32,000 bases of DNA, taken from NCBI RefSeq assembly GCF_000025945.1, contig NC_006138.1:270001-302000 (forward strand). The letters are read 5' to 3'. The notes under the pieces were generated by a model that had not been told where the DNA came from, ran no database searches, and was given only the letters and a program-made list of their open reading frames with translations. The DNA comes from Desulfotalea psychrophila LSv54. GTDB taxonomy: Bacteria; Desulfobacterota; Desulfobulbia; Desulfobulbales; Desulfocapsaceae. Position 1 is the stretch's first letter. Each line of letters opens with the position of its first letter. The position numbers were made by a program, and so were the translations under genes. This document shows, piece after piece, positions 24,592 through 32,000 of this stretch.

Positions 24592-25986
24592 ATGACAGCT
24601 GAAAACAGATATGACGTGATTATTGTTGGCGGAGGCCCTGCCGGCCTTTTTGCCGCCTACTATCTGGGTGAGCACTCAGACCTCAAGGTGCTTGTTATTG
24701 AAAAGGGACGACGTTCTCTGCAACGAAAATGCCCCATAGCAGGGGACAGGGCATGTATCCAGTGCAAGCCATGCAATATTCTCTGTGGAGTAGGTGGGGC
24801 GGGACTTTTTTCCGACGGGAAGCTCAATTTCATCCCCCGCCTAGGTAAAACCGACCTCAGCCAGTTTATGCCCATGAGCGAAGCGACAAAGCTCATCGAT
24901 GAGACCGAGGAGATCTTTAATCGCTTTAATATGGACGGAAAGGTTTATCCCACCGATATGAACAGCGCAAAAGAGATACGTAAAGAGGCCAAAAAACATG
25001 GCATTGACCTCCTGATAATCAAACAAAAGCACCTTGGTTCCGACCGACTCCCCACCCATATCAACGGACTGGCCGAATATACGGAGAGCAAGGGGGTTAC
25101 CTTTCAGACCTCTGAAACCGTAACCGACATCACCACCCAAGATGGCCGAGTAACCGGCGTTGTGAGCAATAAGGGAGAGTACCAGGCAGACAATGTTATT
25201 CTTGCCCCCGGTCGAGTTGGGGCAGAGTGGGTGGCATCGGTGGTAAAAAAACACGGCATCAAGGTGTCACAACGTGGCATTGAGGTGGGTGTGCGGGTAG
25301 AGGTTGCCAACGAGGTCATGCAGGATCTCTGTGAGGTCATCTATGATCCAACCTTTTTTATTCAAACCAATAAATATGACGACCAGACCCGCACCTTCTG
25401 CACTAACTACGGTGGTTTCGTCGCTCTCGAAAATTACCAGGACTTCGTCTGCGTCAACGGCCATGCCTATATGGATAAAAAGTCCAACAACACCAACTTC
25501 TCCTTTCTCTCCAAGGTAGTATTAAACGATCCGGTGGAAGACAATACCGCCTACGGAGAATCCATTGGCCGCCTCGCCACCATCATCGGTGGCGGCAAGC
25601 CCATTCTACAGCGTTTTGGCGACCTCAGACGAGGACGTAGATCCACCTGGAACAGAATTAAGCACAGCTCAATCGACCCCACCTTCAAGGATGTCACCTG
25701 TGGCGATATCGCCATGGCCCTGCCCGAAAGGATTGTCACCAATCTGGTGGACGGCCTGGAACAGCTGAACAATATTGTCCCCGGAGTGGCCAACGACGAG
25801 ACCCTGCTCTACGCCCCGGAAATAAAGTTTTTTGCAACCCAGGTGGACACCGACAACTCACTTGAGACTGCCATTAAGGGTCTCTATGTGGCAGGCGATG
25901 GCCCCGGAGTGGCAGGCAATATTGTCTCTGCAGCAGCGACGGCCCTCATCCCGGCTAAGAAGATTATCAAGGCCCAAACCAAATAG
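24592..25986 (+). CDS. NAD(P)/FAD-dependent oxidoreductase (COG2509-like uncharacterised FAD protein)
   Basis: It has the dinucleotide fold YDVIIVGGGPAGLFAAYYL and a C-terminal GLYVAGDGPGVAG motif. The ATG at 24592 has GGAG 8 nt upstream. The track start at 24481 adds 37 non-conserved-looking residues. Confidence 0.75.
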   Translation: MTAENRYDVIIVGGGPAGLFAAYYLGEHSDLKVLVIEKGRRSLQRKCPIAGDRACIQCKPCNILCGVGGAGLFSDGKLNFIPRLGKTDLSQFMPMSEATKLIDETEEIFNRFNMDGKVYPTDMNSAKEIRKEAKKHGIDLLIIKQKHLGSDRLPTHINGLAEYTESKGVTFQTSETVTDITTQDGRVTGVVSNKGEYQADNVILAPGRVGAEWVASVVKKHGIKVSQRGIEVGVRVEVANEVMQDLCEVIYDPTFFIQTNKYDDQTRTFCTNYGGFVALENYQDFVCVNGHAYMDKKSNNTNFSFLSKVVLNDPVEDNTAYGESIGRLATIIGGGKPILQRFGDLRRGRRSTWNRIKHSSIDPTFKDVTCGDIAMALPERIVTNLVDGLEQLNNIVPGVANDETLLYAPEIKFFATQVDTDNSLETAIKGLYVAGDGPGVAGNIVSAAATALIPAKKIIKAQTK

Positions 25987-26396
25987 AAGGACCATTGCCC
26001 CAGCCCAAAGGTCTCCGCCAAAGGTAACATTTTGCCGGAGACTCCTACCCCTCTCATCCATGGAAAAAATTTTACCCCGCCACAGGCAGGAGCGGCCAGA
26101 GCTTCTTCCGCAGTAGTTCCCCTCTCTGGCCAAGGCCGGAAAGACACTCATACCCAGGACAAAAATCATATCCAGACACCTTTCTGCGACGCCAAAATGG
26201 TCAAAGATACTCAGCCTGCAGGGCGGGAAGCAGCCCACTTTTTACTACTGGAGAAATATCCCTCTTGCTCATCTTTAAATGAAAGATAGTTTTCTGTCGA
26301 TCATGCCACAGTTAATTGAGCAGGGGAGAATCTTCGATACAAAAAGCGACTAAAAATGGGCAAGAGAAGGCGACAAAGGGGAGACGAGGGGAGATA

Positions 26397-27011
26397 TCAA
26401 ATTAATTTTATCAGAAAAAAACTACCAATGAGGATAGCCATAAAGACAATGGATATTATATTGAAATAACGACTAATAAGATGCTTAATGGAAGCGCCAA
26501 ACTTCCAAACAAAGGCGGCCACCAGAAAAAATCTTGCTGCCCGGGAGACAATGGAGACAAGGACAAAGGCGGGAAAATTTAGCTGAAAGAAACCTGCCGA
26601 CAGGGTAAAAAGCTTATAGGGCAGGGGGGTAAAACCGGCAGTTCCCACCGCCAAGACACCATATTTATCATAGACCTGACGGACAATTTCATACTTATCG
26701 GCAAGGTTGTACATATTCATAATGCCCTGGCCAAGACTGTCCATAAACCAAAAGCCCAGACCATAACCAAACATACCACCCAAAACCGAGCCCAGGGTAC
26801 AGACAGCTGCATAACGAAAAGATTTAGCGGGAACGGCAATACAGAGGGCAATTAAAAAGACATCCGGCGGAATGGGAAAAACCGATGACTCAACAAAGGC
26901 TATGGCAAAAAGCGCCCATATGCCATAGGGGGTGGCCATCCACTCCATACAGCGACTATAGCTTCTCTGCACAATATTGGGCCGTTTCACGGCCTCTTTA
27001 CTTCCAACCAT
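26397..27011 (-). CDS. YqaA/DedA-like (SNARE-associated) inner-membrane protein
   Basis: The signature FVESSVFPIPPDV is present within several hydrophobic helices. The start is uncertain: ATG 27011 (14-nt overlap with pcm), TTG 27032 (the track call) or ATG 26948. Confidence 0.7.
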   Translation of the reverse strand: MVGSKEAVKRPNIVQRSYSRCMEWMATPYGIWALFAIAFVESSVFPIPPDVFLIALCIAVPAKSFRYAAVCTLGSVLGGMFGYGLGFWFMDSLGQGIMNMYNLADKYEIVRQVYDKYGVLAVGTAGFTPLPYKLFTLSAGFFQLNFPAFVLVSIVSRAARFFLVAAFVWKFGASIKHLISRYFNIISIVFMAILIGSFFLIKLI

Positions 27012-27642
27012 GAACTCCCACCAGATCGACAAAACGGACAGGGGCCAGATCTTCCACTACAAAATCGTCTCCCTCCTTAGTCACTCGTTTCAACACCTGC
27101 TCATAACGAGGACCAACGGGAATAACCATGCGACCACCATCGGCGAGTTGATCAAGAAGGGGGGTGGGGATCTCAGGACTACCGGCAGTAACAATAATAG
27201 CATCATAGGGGGCAAATTCAGACCAACCCCGACTGCCATCGTCATACTTAGAGCGAATATTAAAATAACGAAGAGAATCAAAAACCTTGCGAGCCTTATT
27301 CAGCAGAGAGTGTATACATTCAACCGTATATACCTGCCGGCAAATCTTAGACAAAATTGCGGCCTGGTAACCGGAACCGGTTCCTATCTCCAACACCGTA
27401 TCACTGGCTGTAAGCTGCAAAAGGGAGGTCATATAGGCAACAATATAAGGCTGGGAAATAGTCTGTCCCTCGGTAATGGAGAGCGGATAATCCCCATAGG
27501 CACGCATCCTCTGTCCTTCATCGACAAAAAAATGACGAGGGACCTCAAGAATAGCATCAAGCGTTGCCATGTCAGTTACACCACGGGCAACAATCTGCTC
27601 CCGAAGCATCTTCTCTCGGGCAGTAGAGTAATTATCTATCAC
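26998..27642 (-). CDS. pcm: protein-L-isoaspartate O-methyltransferase
   Basis: Motifs are AREKMLREQIVARGVTD...VPRHFFV and the SAM motif VLEIGTGSGYQAA. I prefer the GTG at 27642, which overlaps the upstream TAG by 1 nt (TAGTG). The track GTG at 27702 runs into the upstream gene. Confidence 0.85.
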   Translation of the reverse strand: MIDNYSTAREKMLREQIVARGVTDMATLDAILEVPRHFFVDEGQRMRAYGDYPLSITEGQTISQPYIVAYMTSLLQLTASDTVLEIGTGSGYQAAILSKICRQVYTVECIHSLLNKARKVFDSLRYFNIRSKYDDGSRGWSEFAPYDAIIVTAGSPEIPTPLLDQLADGGRMVIPVGPRYEQVLKRVTKEGDDFVVEDLAPVRFVDLVGVHGWK

Positions 27643-28067
27643 TATCTTATCTCGCTGGCACTCTCTGTTTGAGTTGCATCTGCAGCAAGCTCTTCCTGCC
27701 ACTTAAAATCATCCTGCCAGTCTAGATCATCCTTATCAGAGGATGTGAACATGCAGGAGGCGACCTTATCCTTATTAAGCGTTACCAAAACCTTACTTAC
27801 CTCTGGAGTGCCAATATACTTGCCAAACCACGGAGCACCCTCAAGAAGGCTGCGACGATCGGCCTTATAATGCCAACGTTCCGTTCCGGCTGAACCAATT
27901 TCCACCTTATCGGGTTCACCGAGGTATAATAGGACATCATCACGGGTCGAGGTTCCCACCTGAATGAGAACGACATCAGAGGAGAGATGGCGCACTGGAG
28001 TATTGTAGCAACCAGCAACAAGGGTCAGTAAACTTACACACAACACCACTCTTAGAAATGCAGACAT
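27642..28067 (-). CDS. lipoprotein (signal peptide + lipobox LVAGC)
   Basis: The N-terminus MSAFLRVVLCVSLLTLVAGC is a classic type II signal with lipobox. The protein is 141 aa and is the first gene of the lipoprotein-pcm-yqaA unit. Confidence 0.7.
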   Translation of the reverse strand: MSAFLRVVLCVSLLTLVAGCYNTPVRHLSSDVVLIQVGTSTRDDVLLYLGEPDKVEIGSAGTERWHYKADRRSLLEGAPWFGKYIGTPEVSKVLVTLNKDKVASCMFTSSDKDDLDWQDDFKWQEELAADATQTESASEIR

Positions 28068-28119
28068 ATGCTCTTACCTGTTTTTTTTTACACCGAGAAA
28101 AGACGGTCGTTCACTTACT

Positions 28120-28148
28120 TCTATATCCTGCAACAGGCTTTTTTTCAA
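28120..28148 (-). promoter_or_regulatory. sigma70-like promoter candidate for the lipoprotein-pcm-yqaA operon
   Basis: On the minus strand: TTGAAA (28148-28143), a 17-nt spacer, then TATAGA (28125-28120), about 50 nt upstream of the ATG at 28067. Confidence 0.35.
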
Positions 28149-28181
28149 CGTTTATTAATTCAGAGAATGAGGCTGACAAAC

Positions 28182-28217
28182 AAAAAGAGGCCACGAACCC
28201 TGGGAAGATCCGTGGCC
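28182..28217 (-). terminator. rho-independent terminator of htpG
   Basis: 7-bp GC-rich stem GGCCACG/CGTGGCC (28189-28195 / 28211-28217) with a 15-nt loop. On the minus strand it is followed by TCTTTTTGTTTG, about 10 nt after the htpG stop. Confidence 0.6.
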
Positions 28218-28226
28218 AAAGCACTA

Positions 28227-30095
28227 CTAGGCTCTTGATACCGCTCGATCAAGAATCTTATAATTACGGGCAACCATCTTCAGAGGATCAACCACAAGAC
28301 CCGCCTGAATCATGGCATTATCCAGGATCTGATGGGCCACCTCACCGGCAAAACCTGCATCGGCCTTTCTCAGTTCAGCAAGTTGCTTGATCAGGGGATT
28401 TTTACCATTGATTTCAAGATGCTTCTTAGAACCATCTACACCGGCAATACCCTGCTCCTTACGACTTGCAGCAAGCACACGTTCCATGGATGCACTCATA
28501 AATCCATCGGCATTAACAATCATGGCCGGAGCATCAACCAAACGATGCGAGGAGAGAACGTCCCCTACCTCGTCTTTAAGCTCTTCTTTCATCCAGGTAA
28601 GCAATTCTGCCAACTCGGCCTTATCAACACCGCTCTCATCCACCAGAGCATCCTCGGCCTCTTCCTTATCAAGGGAGATATCGGCACCATCGGCTGAGAC
28701 AAGCTTCTTACCTTCAAATTCCTGAAGATGACTGAGAACAAAGTCATCAATAGGATCAAGGGTATAGACAATCTCAATGTCCTTCTTTTTGAACATCTCA
28801 ACATAGGGACCCGCCTCGATTGCGGCCCGACTTGCCCCATTGATATAGTAGATCTTTTCCTGATCAGGGTTCATGCGCAGGAGATAATCTGCAAGAGATA
28901 CAGGTACACCCAACTCAGATTTAGAGGTCTCGAAGCGAAGGAGTTTACCCAGTTCTTTCTGATACTCATAATCGGTGGTCACGCCCTCCTTGAGATAGAT
29001 GCCAAAGGTGGACCAAAACTGAAGATACTGCGACTCATCGCGGGTAGCCTCTTCGGCCAAATACTTGAGAAAACGCTTGGTAACCACCCGGCGAATCTTG
29101 CTCACCAAAGCATTGTCCTGCAGACTCTGGCGGGAGATATTAAGGGGAAGATCTTCACTATCCACCACACCTTTCAAGAAGCGCAACCAGCCTGGCAGGA
29201 TATTTTCGGAGTGTTGGTCGATAAGGATGCGTTGACAGTAGAGATTAACACCGGGCTCAACCCGACCAAAACCCATAACCTCAAAATTTTCCTTGGGAAC
29301 AAAGAGGAGCGATTTTATCGAGAGAGGGGCATCGGCTGAAAAATGCAATCTATAGGAAGGATCTTCGGTAGCATTGCCAATAAACTTATAAAATTCATTG
29401 TACTCCTCATCGCTGATCTCAGACTTGCTTCGACTCCAGAGGGCCTGAACGGTGTTCACGACCTCTCCCTTAAGCTTAATCGGGAAGGAGACAAATGAAG
29501 AGTACTGCTCAATAACATTTTTAATCTTCCAATCCTGGGCATACTCATGGGCATCGTCCTTCAGCTCCACAACAATGCGTGTTCCTCGGGCAAGTCCATC
29601 CAGAGGGGTGATGGTAAAAGAGCCCGCACCTTCGGAAAGCCACTCATGGCCCTGACTACCGTCCCATGAACGAGTTTGGACGCGCACCTTATTTCCCGCC
29701 ATAAAAGCAGCATAAAAGCCCACACCAAACTGACCGATGAGATTAACGTCTTTTTTTACAGCCTCGGCAAGTTCCGCATAAAAGCTACCAGATCCAGAGT
29801 GAGCGATAACCCCAAGGTTGTTGACCAACTCCTGCTCTGTCATACCAATACCGCTGTCACTGATGGTAAGGGTATGGGCCTCTTCGTCGAGATCGATGGT
29901 GATCTCAAGGGGAAGATCCTCGTCCAAAACTTCCTGGCAGGTAAGGGCTTCATGCCGCATTTTCTCCAGGGCATCCGCCGAGTTAGATATCAACTCACGA
30001 ACAAAAACATCACGCTCGGTATAGAGCGAGTTAATAACTATATCAAGTAGCTTTTTGGTCTCTGCCTGAAATTCATAGTTTTTTGCTTCTGTCAT
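28227..30095 (-). CDS. htpG: molecular chaperone HtpG (Hsp90)
   Basis: GHKL N-terminal motifs are ELISNSADALEK and GQFGVGFY, and the gene is full length. The ATG at 30095 has GAGGTG 7 nt upstream. The track GTG at 30104 adds 3 aa. Confidence 0.95.
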   Translation of the reverse strand: MTEAKNYEFQAETKKLLDIVINSLYTERDVFVRELISNSADALEKMRHEALTCQEVLDEDLPLEITIDLDEEAHTLTISDSGIGMTEQELVNNLGVIAHSGSGSFYAELAEAVKKDVNLIGQFGVGFYAAFMAGNKVRVQTRSWDGSQGHEWLSEGAGSFTITPLDGLARGTRIVVELKDDAHEYAQDWKIKNVIEQYSSFVSFPIKLKGEVVNTVQALWSRSKSEISDEEYNEFYKFIGNATEDPSYRLHFSADAPLSIKSLLFVPKENFEVMGFGRVEPGVNLYCQRILIDQHSENILPGWLRFLKGVVDSEDLPLNISRQSLQDNALVSKIRRVVTKRFLKYLAEEATRDESQYLQFWSTFGIYLKEGVTTDYEYQKELGKLLRFETSKSELGVPVSLADYLLRMNPDQEKIYYINGASRAAIEAGPYVEMFKKKDIEIVYTLDPIDDFVLSHLQEFEGKKLVSADGADISLDKEEAEDALVDESGVDKAELAELLTWMKEELKDEVGDVLSSHRLVDAPAMIVNADGFMSASMERVLAASRKEQGIAGVDGSKKHLEINGKNPLIKQLAELRKADAGFAGEVAHQILDNAMIQAGLVVDPLKMVARNYKILDRAVSRA

Positions 30096-30179
30096 CGAAA
30101 ACACCTCATTCGTGCGTGGTTATACTATCTGTGATAGCTCAGCCGGGCTGGCCATTATTATTCCCTTAATGCGGGCAAA

Positions 30180-30207
30180 ATGTTAAACATTTATGGTAAT
30201 GTGTCAA
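30180..30207 (-). promoter_or_regulatory. sigma70-like promoter candidate for htpG
   Basis: On the minus strand: TTGACA (30207-30202), a 16-nt spacer, then TAACAT (30185-30180), about 85 nt upstream of the htpG ATG. Confidence 0.4.
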
Positions 30208-30359
30208 GAGAGATATTGCAGGGAGAAGAGGAGTCATTACTAGCTATAATGTTTCGCTAAAAACCTGTAAGGCCCCTCACGGCTGTCCTTTACAGCAATT
30301 CTATAAGAGCCATAAAAGAGAAGAAGCTCATTCCACATATACCAAGAAAAGAGACGACA

Positions 30360-31757
30360 ATGACAAAACAACTCGATACCATTATTGTTGGAGCAGGCCT
30401 TTCAGGACTCACCGTGGCCCATAAACTTCGCCTCAAAGACAAACTACACAGCCTCCTGATTATTGACAGGGAGGAGCAAAGCGGCGGTGTCATACGTACC
30501 CATCGGCAAGATGGCTTTATCTCAGAAATTGGCCCCCATGGTTTCCTTGACAATAACCCTGCCAGTAAGCTCATCCTTGCCGAGACAGGTCTTGATAAGG
30601 AGACGGTAAAGGCACCGCTTATGGACTTTGTCCGCTATGTCTACCTCCACGACAAGCTGAACCTGATAGAGCAGACGCCAGGGAAAATTATCATGGCACC
30701 GCTGATCTCCTGGCCTGCCAAGTTCCGCGTTCTGGCCGATCTATGGAAGCGGCCGCTAGAGGGAGACCCCAGCATTGCCAAGTGGGTCGAACATCGCTTT
30801 GGCCCGGCCCTACTCCCCTTTATAGATGCAATCTTTACGGGAACCTACGCCGGAGACTACGAGACCCTGACCGTTGGCAGTGTCTGGCCTGGGGTACGTG
30901 AGTTGGAAAAAAAACATGGCTCCGTGATTCGCGGACTTATTGCAAGATGGATTGCAAAGAAGAGAACAGGTGACAAAACGCCTATGAACATGCCGTCCAT
31001 GACCAGTTTTGCCGAGGGTATGGCCCGTCTACCGGAGAGATTAAGTGAAGGGTTGTCTGCCGAAGAGCTCCTGCTGAATACCGATGTTACAGCCATTGCC
31101 AGAGGAGAAAATGGTTGGGCGGTAAAGACCGGGACAGGCGAAGAGTACAGGGCGACACAGCTTGTCCTGGCCCTGCCAACCAATGAAGCCCTGCGCTTAC
31201 TTGCACCCCTTAATACGGGAATGCCAATGCAAAAGATACCCGAGGCACGAATTGCCTCGGTAATCATGGGCTTCAAGGGGGCAACGCTACCTCCGGGATT
31301 TGGCTTTCTCACCCCTGAAGTGGAAAAACGTTTTTCTCTCGGCTGCCTCTTCTCTTCAAATATGTTTCCGGGCCGAGCCCCAGAAGGCCATGTGGTGATC
31401 GAGACCCTGGTTGGAGGCAAGCGCCACCCTGAAAGGCTGAATCTGGACGATGAAACCATAATCGAGAGGGCATTAGCTGATATTAGAGCGATCCTTGACC
31501 TGCCGAACCCTCCCGTCTATACCAGGGTACTCCGCTCAAAGTCAGGAATCCCCCAACTGGAAGAGGGCTACCCGGAACTTCTCTCCTGGCGTGATGCCCT
31601 GGTAAGAACCTATCCTGGACTCCATCTCTGCGGTTTTGGTTGGGAAGGTATTGGACTCAATGAGATGATGAAGGCAGGTACCAGAGTGGCCGAGGCTGTA
31701 CTGGATGCCGGAGGTAGCGCCTCGGCTCAGGCAGAGATAAAGGGCATTTATTTTTAA
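30360..31757 (+). CDS. hemY: protoporphyrinogen/coproporphyrinogen oxidase-family FAD oxidoreductase (HemY-like)
   Basis: It has IIVGAGLSGLTVAHKL, GGVIRT...GF..E.GPHGF, and GTYAGD, with a length (465 aa) typical of HemY-type PPO. Confidence 0.7.
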   Translation: MTKQLDTIIVGAGLSGLTVAHKLRLKDKLHSLLIIDREEQSGGVIRTHRQDGFISEIGPHGFLDNNPASKLILAETGLDKETVKAPLMDFVRYVYLHDKLNLIEQTPGKIIMAPLISWPAKFRVLADLWKRPLEGDPSIAKWVEHRFGPALLPFIDAIFTGTYAGDYETLTVGSVWPGVRELEKKHGSVIRGLIARWIAKKRTGDKTPMNMPSMTSFAEGMARLPERLSEGLSAEELLLNTDVTAIARGENGWAVKTGTGEEYRATQLVLALPTNEALRLLAPLNTGMPMQKIPEARIASVIMGFKGATLPPGFGFLTPEVEKRFSLGCLFSSNMFPGRAPEGHVVIETLVGGKRHPERLNLDDETIIERALADIRAILDLPNPPVYTRVLRSKSGIPQLEEGYPELLSWRDALVRTYPGLHLCGFGWEGIGLNEMMKAGTRVAEAVLDAGGSASAQAEIKGIYF

Positions 31758-31781
31758 TCCTTGCAGGACCAGAAAAAGATC

Positions 31782-31827
31782 AAAAAAAAGGGGCTGTAAC
31801 GATATTCGTTACAGCCCCTTTTTAAAT
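31782..31827. terminator. bidirectional rho-independent terminator (hemY / dnaA convergent pair)
   Basis: Perfect 14-bp stem AAGGGGCTGTAACG (31788-31801) / CGTTACAGCCCCTT (31807-31820) with a 5-nt loop. It is flanked by A8 on the left and TTT on the right, so there is a U-tract on both strands. Confidence 0.85.
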
Positions 31828-31841
31828 TTTAGATGAAAATA

Positions 31842-32000
31842 CTATATCTGTTTTACCTTATCACTGAGCAGATTAACCTGAGCACCGAGGGACATATCGC
31901 GTCGTGCCTTGTCCGTAATAACCTTTACGGAATGAATCACCGTTGAGTGGTCACGCTTATAGGTGCGGCCAATCTCGGCAAGGGACTCTTCGGTGAATTT
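31842..32000 (-). CDS. dnaA: chromosomal replication initiator DnaA, C-terminal (domain IV) fragment; the gene continues beyond the window
   Basis: My hand translation of the minus strand from 32000 gives KFTEESLAEIGRTYKRDHSTVIHSVKVITDKARRDMSLGAQVNLLSDKVKQI*. The EIG..F/Y..RDHSTV.H motif is the DnaA DNA-binding signature. This ORF is not in the track because no start lies in the window. Confidence 0.65.
   Translation of the reverse strand, partial: KFTEESLAEIGRTYKRDHSTVIHSVKVITDKARRDMSLGAQVNLLSDKVKQI

Noticed and set aside
26226-26235. GGAAGCAGCC, identical to the 3' side of the SRP (4.5S) RNA domain IV motif
   Set aside because: The 5' partner (AGGUCC-GGAA tetraloop helix) and the long closing helix are missing. 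It is an isolated 10-mer match, most likely by chance.
25858-26289. Track ORFs 25858-26238(-), 25884-26147(-) and 26032-26289(+)
   Set aside because: They overlap the 3' end of the FAD-protein gene or start at TTG without an SD. Their Arg/Gly/Cys-rich or Pro-rich translations carry no motifs, so I treat the region as non-coding spacer.
30167-30213. Sigma32-type heat-shock promoter for htpG (TCTCTCTTGACA ... CCCGCATTA on the minus strand)
   Set aside because: The two elements are about 27 nt apart, whereas the E. coli-type consensus expects 13-17 nt. The -35 is better paired with a sigma70-like TAACAT at 16-nt spacing. No CIRCE element was seen.
1-32000. CRISPR arrays, IS elements, integrases, prophage genes, toxin-antitoxin pairs, tRNA and rRNA
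   Set aside because: I scanned for regularly spaced repeats, terminal inverted repeats, transposase/integrase-like ORFs and tRNA-like cloverleaf segments. None could be supported from the sequence.

Overview
This is a chromosomal-looking window. I saw no IS or transposase genes, integrases, CRISPR arrays, rRNA or tRNA. Gene content (a Mop-type aldehyde oxidoreductase, HdrD/CCG-type redox proteins, the men pathway) suggests a sulfate-reducer-like Desulfobacterota genome, but that taxonomic guess is inference only.

Left third: a minus-strand menaquinone operon (hotdog thioesterase-menF-menD-menB-menC-menE), then RNase P RNA (rnpB, + strand), which several track ORFs wrongly overlap, then ispDF, an M20 peptidase and purF on the + strand.

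Middle: an atypical REC-GGDEF regulator, degenerate in both domains, and two small orphan ORFs. These are followed by an ~11.2-kb minus-strand block that I consider the most interesting part. It holds a MoCF-binding protein, a 906-aa Mop-type molybdenum aldehyde oxidoreductase, and, after a 157-nt spacer with a strong hairpin, seven translationally coupled genes: a GltD/HdrD-like flavo-FeS-CCG protein, a 71-aa Zn-ribbon protein, a SAM methyltransferase, a C_GCAxxG_C_C protein, a Zn-ribbon radical SAM enzyme, a PaaK-like adenylating ligase and XdhC. Only XdhC has a textbook role in Moco-enzyme maturation. The rest look like an uncharacterised cofactor-tailoring, maturation or electron-transfer module dedicated to the oxidoreductase. 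A 775-nt structured, A/T-rich leader lies upstream of this block.

Right third: a COG2509-like FAD protein, a lipoprotein-pcm-yqaA operon, htpG, a HemY-like protoporphyrinogen oxidase, a perfect bidirectional terminator and the 3' end of dnaA. The ORF track uses ATG, GTG and TTG starts, so I re-evaluated the start codons by hand.
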